Shown here: piece by piece, positions 46,913 through 56,988 of the stretch | How the letters are laid out: each line of letters starts with the position of its first letter | Position numbering within the stretch: the stretch's first letter is position 1 | Source: Dehalococcoidia bacterium | Lineage (GTDB): Bacteria > Chloroflexota > Dehalococcoidia > UBA2979 | Direction: 5' to 3' | Assembly: GCA_965262725.1 (NCBI GenBank) | Contig: OZ253555.1 | Location: 3,168,001-3,232,000 of the forward strand | Length of the DNA: 64,000 bases | Notes under the pieces: generated by a model | What the model was told of the DNA's origin: nothing | The model's database searches: none | What the model saw: only the letters and a program-made list of their open reading frames with translations | Translations under genes and position numbers: made by a program

Positions 46913-47947
46913 GTGACGACCGAGACGAGCCGCGCGCGACCGGTCGGCAGCGCGGCAGCCGCGGGCTCAGCCGTGCGCGGCGATCCGGTTGCGCTCATTT
47001 TCCCGGGGCAGGGCTCCCAGTCGCCCGGGATGGGCCAGCTGATCTACACCACCTCTCGGGAGGCGCGCCTCGCCTTCGAAGAGGCGAGCGAGATCACCCG
47101 CATCGATCTCGCCCGCGTCTGTTTCGAGGGCTCGGCGGAGGAGCTGGCGGAGACGCGGGCGACGCAGCCCGCGGTGCTCACCACCTCGGTCGCCTTTCTT
47201 CGCGCGATGCGCGAGAAGCTGGGCGAGGTGGGACGCGCCATCCGGCCGCGCGTCCTGGGCGGGCACTCGCTGGGACTCTTCAGCGCCGCCGTCGCCAGTG
47301 AGGCGATCTCCTTCCGTGACTCGCTGCTCGTGATCTTGGAGCGGGCGCGGCTGATGGGGAGCTTCAGCGAGCAGCGCCCGGTCGGCATGGCGTCGATCAT
47401 CGGCCTCGATCACGATGCCGTCGCTGAGATCTGCCGCGCGGCGACGCTCTCCCCTGCCGACCGCGTCGACGTCGCGAACCACAATATGGACACGCACCTA
47501 GTCATCTCCGGGGACCTCTCGGCACTCGAACGAGCCATGCAGCTGGCGCGAGCGCGGCAGGGGAAGGCGATCCAGCTCCGGGTGCGCGTTTCCAGTCACA
47601 CGCCACTCCACGCCGCGCAGGCCGACGAGTTCGCGACGGTGATCCGAGAGGTGCCGATAGCCGAACCGCTCGTCCCCGTGGTCTCCAACGTCTCCTCGCA
47701 GCTGCTCGACACCGCCGAGCGGCTGCGCGCCGAGTTCGAGGTACAACTCCGCGCCCCGGTCTACTGGGCCGAGAACGTGCGCGCGATGTCGCGGGAGGGC
47801 GTGACGACCTTCATCGAGGTGGGCCCGGGCCACGTGCTGGCGAACATGGTGCGCCGCATCGCCTCCCGCTCCACCGCCGTGGCGCTCGACGACGCACGCG
47901 AGGAGCCGGTGCCGATCTCCATCCTCCCCGATCCCGTCGCCCGGTAG
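46913..47947 (+). CDS. fabD: Malonyl-CoA:ACP transacylase
   Basis: FPGQGSQ..GMG, TQPA, GHSLG, EVGPG.VL. Confidence 0.9.
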   Translation: MTTETSRARPVGSAAAAGSAVRGDPVALIFPGQGSQSPGMGQLIYTTSREARLAFEEASEITRIDLARVCFEGSAEELAETRATQPAVLTTSVAFLRAMREKLGEVGRAIRPRVLGGHSLGLFSAAVASEAISFRDSLLVILERARLMGSFSEQRPVGMASIIGLDHDAVAEICRAATLSPADRVDVANHNMDTHLVISGDLSALERAMQLARARQGKAIQLRVRVSSHTPLHAAQADEFATVIREVPIAEPLVPVVSNVSSQLLDTAERLRAEFEVQLRAPVYWAENVRAMSREGVTTFIEVGPGHVLANMVRRIASRSTAVALDDAREEPVPISILPDPVAR

Positions 47948-47954
47948 CGGCGGC

Positions 47955-49241
47955 GTGGGCCCGCAAGACACCGACCGCGCCCGGCCGCGCCGCGTCGTCG
48001 TGACCGGCCTCGGAATGCTCACGCCGCTCGGCAACGACTGGCGCAGCACCTGGGAGGGATTGCTCGCCGGGCGCTCGGGCATCAGCCGCGTCACCGCCTT
48101 CGACGCCTCCGAGTACGACTGCCCGCTCGCCGGCGAACTGCGCGGCTTCGACGCCGCCTCGGTCGTCGGACCGAAGCAGCTGCGCCGCATCGACCGCTCG
48201 ACCGTGCTCGCCATCGCGGCGGCCCGCGAGGCGGTCGCCGACGCCGGCATCGACGTCTCCGCCCTCGGACCGGAGACCGTCGGCATCGTGCTCGGGACTG
48301 GCATCGGCGGGGCGCACCTGCTGGTGGAGAACCAGCAGGCGCTGGAGCAGCGCGGACCGCGGCGCGTCTCCCCCTTTCTCATCACGCACATGCTTCCCGA
48401 CACGCCGACGGGGCTGCTTGCGATCGAGCTCGGCGTGCGCGGTCCGAATCTCGCGGTGACGGCAGCCTGCGCCACCGGTGGCGCCGCCGTCGGCGAGGCC
48501 GCCGAAATCGTGAGCCGCGGCGAGGCGTCGGTGGTGATCACGGGCGGCTTCGAGGCCTCGATCCGGCCGGTCTACTACGCCGGATTCCAGGCCATGCGGG
48601 CTCTGGCCACACACCCCGACCCGACGCGCGCCTCGCGCCCCTTCGACGCCGAGCGAAACGGCTTCATCCTCTCGGAGGGTGCCTGCTGCCTGGTGCTGGA
48701 GGAGGCGGAGCACGCGCTGGCGCGCGGCGCCCACATCTACGCCGAGTGGCTCGGCGCCGGAACCGCCTCGGACGGGTTCGACATGGTGGCGCCACCGGAG
48801 GACGGTCGCGGGATCCGCACCGCGATGGCGCGGGCGCTGCGCCGCGCCGGACGGGAACCGTCCGACGTCGACTACGTGAACGCGCACGGCACCAGCACGC
48901 CCATCAACGATCGCGTCGAGACGCGGGCGCTCCGCACCACCTTCGGCGAGCACGCGGATCGCCTCCTGGTCTCCTCGACCAAGTCGATGCTCGGGCACAT
49001 GATGGGCGCCGCAGGCGCCGTGGAGGCGGCGGTGGCCGCGCTGGTCTGTGAGCGCCAGATCGTGCCGCCCACCATCAACTACGAGCACCCCGACCCCGAG
49101 TGCGACCTCGACTACGTTCCGAACGAGGCGCGCGAGGCGCCGGTACGTCACGCGCTCTCGACCTCGGTGGGGCTCGGCGGGCACAACTCGGCCCTGATCT
49201 TCGGGCGCTGGGAGACAGCCGGGACGGAGGATGCCCGATGA
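47955..49241 (+). CDS. fabF: Beta-ketoacyl-ACP synthase II (copy 1)
   Basis: RRVVVTGLG, AACATG (Cys), SRPFD, NAHGTST, KSMLGH, GLGGHN. Confidence 0.92.
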   Translation: MGPQDTDRARPRRVVVTGLGMLTPLGNDWRSTWEGLLAGRSGISRVTAFDASEYDCPLAGELRGFDAASVVGPKQLRRIDRSTVLAIAAAREAVADAGIDVSALGPETVGIVLGTGIGGAHLLVENQQALEQRGPRRVSPFLITHMLPDTPTGLLAIELGVRGPNLAVTAACATGGAAVGEAAEIVSRGEASVVITGGFEASIRPVYYAGFQAMRALATHPDPTRASRPFDAERNGFILSEGACCLVLEEAEHALARGAHIYAEWLGAGTASDGFDMVAPPEDGRGIRTAMARALRRAGREPSDVDYVNAHGTSTPINDRVETRALRTTFGEHADRLLVSSTKSMLGHMMGAAGAVEAAVAALVCERQIVPPTINYEHPDPECDLDYVPNEAREAPVRHALSTSVGLGGHNSALIFGRWETAGTEDAR

Positions 49242-50512
49242 GCGATCGGCCCACGCCCCAGGAGCCCCGACGCGTCGTCGTCACCGGCATCGGCATGCTC
49301 ACCCCCCTCGGCGTCGGCCGCGAGAGGAGTTGGAGCGCGCTGCTCGCCGGGGAGAACGGGATCCGCCGCGCCACGATCGACGACCTCACCGAGCTCGCCG
49401 TGACGATCGCCGGCGAGGTCCCCGACTTCGAGCCGCACGCCCATCTCGACCGCAAGGAGGCGCGGCGCATGGACCGCTTCACCCAGCTCGCGTGCGCGGC
49501 GGCCGACGAGGCCGTCGCGCACGCTGGCCTCGAGGTGTCGGAGGTCGCCGATCGCGTCGGCGTGATGATCGGGAGCGGCATCGGCGGCCTTGCCACGATC
49601 GAGGAGGGCTACCGGACGCTCTTCGAGAAGGGGCCGGCGCGCATCTCGCCCTTCATGGTCCCGATGTACATCGCCGACATGGCGGCCGGCCAGGTCTCTA
49701 TCCGGCACGGCGCCCGGGGCCCGAACTTCGACACGGTGTCCGCCTGCGCGTCGGGCGCCGACGCGATCGGCACGGCCTTCGAGACCATCCGGCGGGGCGC
49801 CGCCGACGCGATGCTCGCCGGCGGCGCCGAGGCCGCCGTCACGCGCATGGGCCTCGCCGCGTTCCACGCCACCCGGGCGCTCTCCACGCGCCGCGACGAC
49901 GACCCGGCGCACGCCTCGCGCCCCTTCGACCGGGAGCGCGACGGCTTCGTCCTCGCGGAGGGGGCGGCGGTGCTGGTGCTGGAGGAGCGGGACTTCGCCC
50001 GCCGGCGCGGTGCGCCGATCCTCGCCGAGATGCTCGGGTACGGGCAGTCGGCCGACGCCTTCCACGTCACGCAGCCCTCCGAGAACGGCGAGGGGGCAGC
50101 GCGGGCGATGCGCGCGGCGCTCCGGGAGGCCGGCCTCGACGCCGGGGCGGTGAGCTACATCAACGCGCACGGGACGAGCACGCCGCTCAACGACAAGTTC
50201 GAGACGCTCTCCATCAAGGCGGTCTTCGGGGAGGAGGCGCTAGCGATCCCGATCTCCTCGACGAAGTCGATGATCGGCCACTCGCTCGGTGCCGGGGGCG
50301 GCATCGAGGCCGCCGTCTGCGTGCTCTCGATCCGTGACGGGCGCATCCACCCCACACGCAACCTCGAGCTGCCGGATCCCGACTGCGACCTCGACTACGT
50401 CCCGGAAGGCGAGCGCGAGCTCGATGTCTCGATCGCGATGTCGAACGCGCTCGGCTTCGGCGGGCATAACAGCTCCCTCCTCTTCGGCCGGGACGGGGAG
50501 CCCAGCGCGTGA
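49238..50512 (+). CDS. fabF: Beta-ketoacyl-ACP synthase II (copy 2)
   Basis: RRMDRFTQ, SACASG, SRPFD, NAHGTST, KSMIGH, GFGGHN. Confidence 0.94.
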   Translation: MSDRPTPQEPRRVVVTGIGMLTPLGVGRERSWSALLAGENGIRRATIDDLTELAVTIAGEVPDFEPHAHLDRKEARRMDRFTQLACAAADEAVAHAGLEVSEVADRVGVMIGSGIGGLATIEEGYRTLFEKGPARISPFMVPMYIADMAAGQVSIRHGARGPNFDTVSACASGADAIGTAFETIRRGAADAMLAGGAEAAVTRMGLAAFHATRALSTRRDDDPAHASRPFDRERDGFVLAEGAAVLVLEERDFARRRGAPILAEMLGYGQSADAFHVTQPSENGEGAARAMRAALREAGLDAGAVSYINAHGTSTPLNDKFETLSIKAVFGEEALAIPISSTKSMIGHSLGAGGGIEAAVCVLSIRDGRIHPTRNLELPDPDCDLDYVPEGERELDVSIAMSNALGFGGHNSSLLFGRDGEPSA

Positions 50513-50576
50513 GCCCGCCGGCGCGCGAGCGGGGGGCCGCCGCCCGTCCCCGGATTCCCCGGGTTCCGGTGGCCGC

Positions 50577-52322
50577 GTGAGCACGCCGGCCGCGGCCGTC
50601 GAGCGGCGCATCGTCCGGGGCTCCGGCGGCCGGCTCTGGCGGCTCCCCGACGCCGTCGATCTCTCGGCCCTCGACGGCGCGCCATGGCCGCGTCTGCTCT
50701 CGCGACTCCTCCTTGCACGGGGCATCCGCTCGATGGAGGAGGCGCGCGCGCTCCTCGACGCCCCGGCCGCGCCGGGGCGCCCGGCCGATCTCCCGCAGAT
50801 CGAGATCGCGGTCGCGCGTCTCGCCCGCGCCTGCGCGCGCGGCGAGCACGTCGCCGTCTTCGGCGACTTCGACGTCGACGGCGTCACGTCGACGGCGATC
50901 CTCGTCGAGGCTCTCTCCGCCCTCGGCGCGCGCCCCCTTCCCTACCTGCCGCACCGCATGCTCGAGGGGTACGGACCGAATGCCGCCGCAATCCGAGAGC
51001 TCGCGGAGCGTGGCGCCAGCCTGCTCGTGACGGCGGACTGCGGGACCTCGGCCGTCGAGGAGGTCGCTCAGGCAGGCGCGCTGGGCGTGGAGACCGTGAT
51101 CCTCGATCACCACGCGATTCCGCCCGAGCTCCCGGCGGCGCTCGCGATCGTCAACCCCCGGCTCGACGAGGCGTCCGAGGGGGCGGAGCCCGCCGCCTGC
51201 GGCATCGCCTACTCCGTCTCGCACCGCCTGCACGAGGAGCTCGGCGCCCCCTACGATCCAGAGCCGCACGCGGCGCTGGCGGCGCTCGGCACCATCTGCG
51301 ACCTCGCGCCCATGGTGGGCTGGAACCGCGATCTCGTGCGGTATGGGCTCGACGCGCTCAGCCGCAGCTCCCGGCCGGGACTCCGAGCGCTGGCGGAGAT
51401 CGCCGGCGGCTCGCTTGCGGACGCGAGCGCCGACCTCTGCGGCTGGGTGCTGGGACCCCGCATCAACGCAGCCGGGCGCATGGAGCACGCGCAGCTCGCC
51501 CTCGACCTGCTGCTCGCCCCGAGCGCCGCCGAGGCAGAGCCGCTCGCTCACCGGCTCGAGCAGCTCAACACCAGACGCCGCTCGGAGACGGAGGAGGCGC
51601 GTGCGCAGATCGCGGCGCTGCTCGGGGAAGGGGAGATCTCGGACCCCCTCCTGATCGCGGCCTCGCCGGCGATCGCGGCCGGCCTCGCCGGGCCTCTCGC
51701 CTCCCGCCTCGTCGACGAGTACGGGCGGCCGGCGATCGTGATCCACCTCTCCGACGGAACGGGGCGCGCCTCCTGCCGGTCGATTCCGGGTTTCGACATC
51801 ACAGAGCTGCTTCGCCGCCACGGCGAGCTCTTCCTGAGCTACGGCGGCCACCGCGCCGCCGCCGGCTTCTCCATCGACGAACGCCGACTGCCCGAGGCCA
51901 GGCGGCGGCTCCTCGCCGACGCCGCCGGGCACCTCGACGCCGAGCTGCTCACGCCCACCATCGACGTCGACGCCGGACTCCCGCTCGCCGACGCGAGCCG
52001 CGACCTGCTGGGCTGGCTGCGGCGGCTCGCGCCGCACGGGCCCGGGAACCCCGTCCCGACCTTCGTCGCGCCGCGGGTGCTCGTCGCGAGCGCGCGGAGC
52101 ATCGGGCGCGACGGTAGGCATCTCCGCTTCACCGCGCGCGCGGGAGGCGCCTCCTGGCGCGCCATCGCCTTCGGCAACGCCGAGCACATGGTTCCCTCGG
52201 GCGGCGTCGCCGACATCGTCTACCGCTTCCGCGAAGACCGCCGCGACGGGGATCTCGAACTCGAGGTGCTCGATCTCCGCCCAGCGCGGGGCCGCCCGGC
52301 GCAGCCGGGCGGGGGCGCGTAG
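50577..52322 (+). CDS. recJ: Single-stranded-DNA-specific exonuclease RecJ
   Basis: GDFDVDG, EGYG, DCG, DHH, PRINAAGR, GGH..AAG, P.GPGNP.P. Confidence 0.94.
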   Translation: MSTPAAAVERRIVRGSGGRLWRLPDAVDLSALDGAPWPRLLSRLLLARGIRSMEEARALLDAPAAPGRPADLPQIEIAVARLARACARGEHVAVFGDFDVDGVTSTAILVEALSALGARPLPYLPHRMLEGYGPNAAAIRELAERGASLLVTADCGTSAVEEVAQAGALGVETVILDHHAIPPELPAALAIVNPRLDEASEGAEPAACGIAYSVSHRLHEELGAPYDPEPHAALAALGTICDLAPMVGWNRDLVRYGLDALSRSSRPGLRALAEIAGGSLADASADLCGWVLGPRINAAGRMEHAQLALDLLLAPSAAEAEPLAHRLEQLNTRRRSETEEARAQIAALLGEGEISDPLLIAASPAIAAGLAGPLASRLVDEYGRPAIVIHLSDGTGRASCRSIPGFDITELLRRHGELFLSYGGHRAAAGFSIDERRLPEARRRLLADAAGHLDAELLTPTIDVDAGLPLADASRDLLGWLRRLAPHGPGNPVPTFVAPRVLVASARSIGRDGRHLRFTARAGGASWRAIAFGNAEHMVPSGGVADIVYRFREDRRDGDLELEVLDLRPARGRPAQPGGGA

Positions 52323-52418
52323 CACCCGGCTGCTGTTGGGTCCGCAGGCGACCTTCCCCCCTTCGCGCCCCCAGCATGTGTACGATCGTGGTTCGCACGC
52401 GCGGAGAGGCGGGCCGCA

Positions 52419-54125
52419 GTGGCTGAGCGCGGCGCCGGTGACTTCACACTTGGGTTCGCCGGGCCCCGCGAGGAGGTCGAGTGGCAGCTCGACGCTCCGG
52501 ATCTGGGCGCCGTCGAACGCTGGCTGGAGGCGCTCGGGGGCCGTGCGCCGGGCGACCTCGAGATCGATCCTGCGCACACCTGGCTCATCGAGGACCTCTA
52601 CCTCGACACGGACGACGGGCGCCTCCGTCGCGCCGGCTACGCGCTCCGCGTGCGCCGCACCCGCGGGGAGGGTGCCCCGTCGCTCGAGGCGACGCTAAAA
52701 TCGCTCGGCTCCGGCGGCGCGGCTCCCGCCCGCCGGGAGGAGCTCACCGAACCGCTCCCCCGCGAGACGGGCGCGCCCGCCCGCCCCGTCGTCACGGCGA
52801 CCCTCGCTCACTCCCGCGGCCCCGTCGGAGCGCGCGTGCGCGCCCTCGCCGGCGCCCGGGCACTGGACGAGATCCTGCGGGTCGACACCGAGCGGATCAC
52901 GCGCGCGCTGCGGCTGGAGGGCGCCGCCGTTGCCGAGATCGCGGTCGATCGCAGCACTCTCGCGGCGCCAGGGAGGCCCGTGCGGCGCCTCGACCGCGTC
53001 GAGGTCGAGCTGGCGAACGGGGCCGGGATGGGATCCGCCCGGCACTTCGTCGACGCCCTGAGCGACGGCTGTTCCCTTCGGCCGGCGCGCGCCTCGAAGC
53101 TCGACTTCGGACTTGCCCCCGCTCACGCGGCCTCCGCCGTCGACACCGTGGGAGCGGACGGGGACCGGCAACGGCGGAGGCGTGCTCGCCGCCCGTGGCC
53201 CCCCACGGTCCGGCGCCGCGCACGCATGGCGGAGGTGGCCAGCGCCGCGCTCCGGGAGCCGCTCGCCATGCTCGCCGCGGCCGAGCCGGTCGCGCGCGAG
53301 GGCTCCGACCCGGAGGGCGTGCACCAGATGCGCGTCGCGACGCGCCGGCTTCAGGCTGCGCTCTCGCTCTACGCACCCACGCTGGGCCGGGACGCGGGCG
53401 CGCATCGTGCCGAGCTCCGGTGGCTCCGCGCCGAGCTCGGCGCCGTCCGGGACCTCGACACCTATCTCGAGCGCGTCGCGAGGGATCGAGCGGCCCGGGC
53501 GGAGGCGGGCGATGGCGCCCCCGAACTCGCGCCGCTCACGGATCTCCTGAGGCGGCGTCGCGACGAGGCACGCCTCCGGACCCTGCTCCCGGCGCTCGCC
53601 GGCGAGCGCTATCTTTCCCTCCTCGCCGGGATCGACTCTCTCGCGGGCGGGGGTCACGGCGCGGCGAGAGCGGAGGCGACGCGGCAGGCGTCGCCCGCGC
53701 TCCGGCCCGCCCTCAGAAAGCGCGGCCGATCGTTCAGGAAGGCGCTCAGGCGGGCGCGCCTCAACGGCGGCTCCGAGGAGCGCCACCGCGCGCGCATCCG
53801 GACGAAGCAGCTGCGCTACGCCCTCGAGTGCTCCGGCTCCATCTACGGACGCCGGGCGAGGAAGGCGCTCGACGCGCTCCGCGCGCTGCAGGAGTTGCTC
53901 GGAGCCGAGCGCGACGCCCTGCTCGCCGCCGAGGCGCTCACCTCGCTCGCTGCGGATCCGGCGGCGGCCGCGCTCCCGCGGGCCACACTTCACGCCATGA
54001 ACGAGGGCGTCGCGCGCGAGCGCGAGCGCGCTCAGGAGCTGCTCAGCGGACTCCCCCGCGCCGCGGCACGCGCCGGCAGGCGCTGGCGGCGCCTGCGACG
54101 CGCGCGGCTGCGCGAGCGCACCTGA
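52419..54125 (+). CDS. CYTH and CHAD domain-containing protein
   Basis: EVEW, YLDT.D..L...GYALR.R, TLK, EVEL (CYTH); VHQMRVATRRL, LG.VRDLD, H..RI..K.LRY..E, LQE.LG..RD (CHAD). Confidence 0.88.
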   Translation: MAERGAGDFTLGFAGPREEVEWQLDAPDLGAVERWLEALGGRAPGDLEIDPAHTWLIEDLYLDTDDGRLRRAGYALRVRRTRGEGAPSLEATLKSLGSGGAAPARREELTEPLPRETGAPARPVVTATLAHSRGPVGARVRALAGARALDEILRVDTERITRALRLEGAAVAEIAVDRSTLAAPGRPVRRLDRVEVELANGAGMGSARHFVDALSDGCSLRPARASKLDFGLAPAHAASAVDTVGADGDRQRRRRARRPWPPTVRRRARMAEVASAALREPLAMLAAAEPVAREGSDPEGVHQMRVATRRLQAALSLYAPTLGRDAGAHRAELRWLRAELGAVRDLDTYLERVARDRAARAEAGDGAPELAPLTDLLRRRRDEARLRTLLPALAGERYLSLLAGIDSLAGGGHGAARAEATRQASPALRPALRKRGRSFRKALRRARLNGGSEERHRARIRTKQLRYALECSGSIYGRRARKALDALRALQELLGAERDALLAAEALTSLAADPAAAALPRATLHAMNEGVARERERAQELLSGLPRAAARAGRRWRRLRRARLRERT

Positions 54126-54191
54126 CGGTGATCGCGCCCCCTGGCCGCCCCGGGCCGCGCGTCCGACGCGGACGCGCCACCTCTAGACGCA

Positions 54192-54219
54192 GAGAGGCCC
54201 GGCATACGCCGGGCCTCTC
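54192..54219. terminator. Hairpin terminator between convergent genes
   Basis: gagaggcccggc-atac-gccgggcctctc, 12-bp perfect stem. Confidence 0.7.
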
Positions 54220-54296
54220 CGTTACACGCCGTCGCTGTCGTCGCGCGTGCCACCCACTCCCTCCTGCCGGGGGCAGGGTGACGTTCTCGGTGCGAG

Positions 54297-54626
<330 letters not shown>

Positions 54627-54817
54627 GTTCTCACACTTCCAGCCGGTTCATCCGGCATCACTCGCGCCGGGCTCGCGGCCCGACGACACACTTGCTCCTC
54701 AGAATCGACGCCGGACGGGCAGGAAATCGAGCCGGAGGCCATCTGAGGGACACCCAAGGCGGGCGTCATCCGTGACATGATAACACGGCGGTCTCGCGGC
54801 GGAGAGCATCGACGCCG

Positions 54818-56104
54818 TCAGATGAAACGCGAGAGGAGCGTGGCGAGCCCCAGGAACGTGAGGAAGCCGACCACGTCGGTCACCGTCGTGAGCACGATCG
54901 ACGAGGATTGGGCGGGATCCTGCCCGAGCGCCTGCAACGAGATGGGGATAAAGGTCCCCGCCAGACCGGCTACGGGCATCGCCATGATCATCGACATCGC
55001 GATGATCACCGCGAGCCCGAGAGATCCCGACCAGAGGTAGACCCCCAGACTTGCCACGAGAGCGATCGACGCGCCGCTTAGGAACCCGACGCCCACCTCC
55101 TTGAGGGCGACGCTCCGCCACTGCGACACGCGGAACTCCCGCAGCGCGAGGCCGCGCATCGCGACGGCGAGCGTCTGAGCTCCGCTGTTGCCCGCCTGTC
55201 CCGCGACGACCGGCAGCAGCACCGCCAGCGCCGTGAGGCGGGCGATCGTGTCCTCGAAGATCCCGACCACGGACGCCGCGACGAACGCAGTCAGGAGGTT
55301 GACGTAGAGCCAGGGGAGTCTCTTCCGGACTGCCAGCAGCGGCGGCGAGAGGGCGCGCTCATCGCTCCCGGCGCCGACCATCTTCTGGATATCGGCGGTT
55401 GCGGCTCGCTCGGCGGCCTCCACGACTTCGGGAGAGCGTATGACGCCGATCATGCGCCCGTCGAAATCGAGCACCGGCAGACTGTGCCCGGCCAGCTCGG
55501 TGAGCCGTTCGCCGACCTCGTCGACGGGCGCGGTCGCCTCTATGGACCGCACGGCGCGAAGCGGCAGGTCGCCGAGCTGACGCTCCCGGGATGCCAGCGC
55601 GAGTTCCTCGACGGAGACCGCGCCGAGCAATCGCCCGGCACTGTCGATCACGAAGACGTCGCGCGTGCGCCCGGCACGCGCTCGCACCTCGGAGAGCGCG
55701 ACACGAGCGCGCGTCGCCCGCGGGAAGGCGACGACTCTGGTATCCATCACCGAACCGGCTTGGGTCGGCGGATAGCGCAAGATCGCCCGCACCTCCGCCG
55801 CGAGTGGGCCGTCCAGGAGGTCGATGCGCGATTCCCGGGAGGCCCCGTCGAGCCCGCCGAGCAGGCGGGCCGCCCGGGTGGGACTCAGGGCGCGGGCAAA
55901 CTCGCGAAAGGCATCGTCCCCCAGCTCCTCCACGACGTGGGCGGCGGACGAGGGCGCCATCGCCATCACGGTCTCCAGCGCGAGCGCCGGCTCCTCCGCG
56001 CCGACGCAGGCGGCCGCTTCGCCGGGGTCGGCGTCGTCGAGGATGGCGGCGGCCTCGTTCGGGTAGCGCCCGAAGAGCTCCGTCCGGAGCGCGCCCGCCA
56101 GCAC
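54818..56104 (-). CDS. mgtE: Magnesium transporter MgtE
   Basis: YP...AG..M, CBS pair, KRLPWL..NL, GQAGNSGAQ, GQDPA..S...LTT.TD; start uncertain (56104 GTG, or a mutated 56125). Confidence 0.88.
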   Translation of the reverse strand: MLAGALRTELFGRYPNEAAAILDDADPGEAAACVGAEEPALALETVMAMAPSSAAHVVEELGDDAFREFARALSPTRAARLLGGLDGASRESRIDLLDGPLAAEVRAILRYPPTQAGSVMDTRVVAFPRATRARVALSEVRARAGRTRDVFVIDSAGRLLGAVSVEELALASRERQLGDLPLRAVRSIEATAPVDEVGERLTELAGHSLPVLDFDGRMIGVIRSPEVVEAAERAATADIQKMVGAGSDERALSPPLLAVRKRLPWLYVNLLTAFVAASVVGIFEDTIARLTALAVLLPVVAGQAGNSGAQTLAVAMRGLALREFRVSQWRSVALKEVGVGFLSGASIALVASLGVYLWSGSLGLAVIIAMSMIMAMPVAGLAGTFIPISLQALGQDPAQSSSIVLTTVTDVVGFLTFLGLATLLSRFI

Positions 56105-56988
56105 GGCACGGTCAGCTCCCGTGACGGCCCGCCCCGCCGCCCCGAATCGTTCCTCGGCCCCACGACCGCGCCAAGGCCCCAAAGCGCCCCCTCGAGTCCG
56201 TGCCAGTAGAGCTCGCCGAGCATCACCGCCGTCGAGACGAGATCGCCGCCACCGACACGCGGACGCCGGAGCAGCCGGAGCTCCGCTGACGACACGGAGC
56301 CGATGAGGAGACCGTCCGCGTCGACGACGGGGAGCGCGTGGAGCGCCTGCCACGCGGGATGCGCGACGATCGCGCGCGGCCCGGCGCACGCGTGAATCGC
56401 CGCGGCCGGACGGATCACGACCTCTGCGAGCCGGCTCGCAGGGTCCAGGCGCAGGAGCTCCGCCGTCGCGACCTGCCCGATGAAGGTCGCGGGGCGCTCC
56501 ACGACGAACACGTACTCGGGAGTGGCGCCACTTCCGGCCCGGACCGCCGCGATCGCCTCAGCCACCGTCGCCCCCGCAGCGAGCGCGAACACGCGCGGGT
56601 CGGCGAGGGCGCCGGCGCTCCCGGCCGGCCGCGCGATAAGGGCCTCGACCAGGCGCCGCGTCTCCGCGTTGACGCGCTCGATCAGGCTCGCGCGCTCGTC
56701 CTCGCCGAGCACCGCCAACATCGGCGCGGCCGCGGAGGGCGGCTGCGCCCCCACGAGATCCGCAGCCGCGTCTGCGTCCGTCGCGGCGACCGCGGCGAGT
56801 AGAGCCCCCGCGGCCGGCACCGTCATCGAGGCGAGGATCGGCGCCGCCTCCCCGGGCGGTAGCTCGCCGATGAAGCGGGCGCCCTCGGCAGCGGTGAAGC
56901 GCTCCACCACGCCGGCAGCGTCCGAGGGATGGCGGGTGACGATCTGCCGGATCAGCCTGCGACCCACCTCGCCCATCGATGCGGTCAT
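55966..56988 (-). CDS. MgtE N-domain plus CBS-pair protein lacking the transporter domain
   Basis: HPSDAA...helical repeats, SAGALADPRV, YVFVV, LPVVD.DG..IG; true end may be 56122. Confidence 0.72.
   Translation of the reverse strand: MTASMGEVGRRLIRQIVTRHPSDAAGVVERFTAAEGARFIGELPPGEAAPILASMTVPAAGALLAAVAATDADAAADLVGAQPPSAAAPMLAVLGEDERASLIERVNAETRRLVEALIARPAGSAGALADPRVFALAAGATVAEAIAAVRAGSGATPEYVFVVERPATFIGQVATAELLRLDPASRLAEVVIRPAAAIHACAGPRAIVAHPAWQALHALPVVDADGLLIGSVSSAELRLLRRPRVGGGDLVSTAVMLGELYWHGLEGALWGLGAVVGPRNDSGRRGGPSRELTVPCWRARSGRSSSGATRTRPPPSSTTPTPAKRPPASARRSRRSRWRP

Noticed and set aside
44677-50512. Type II polyketide cluster (KS/CLF pair)
   Set aside because: Both ketosynthases retain the catalytic Cys; no ACP, cyclase or tailoring genes; context is housekeeping (acpS, nnr, recJ)
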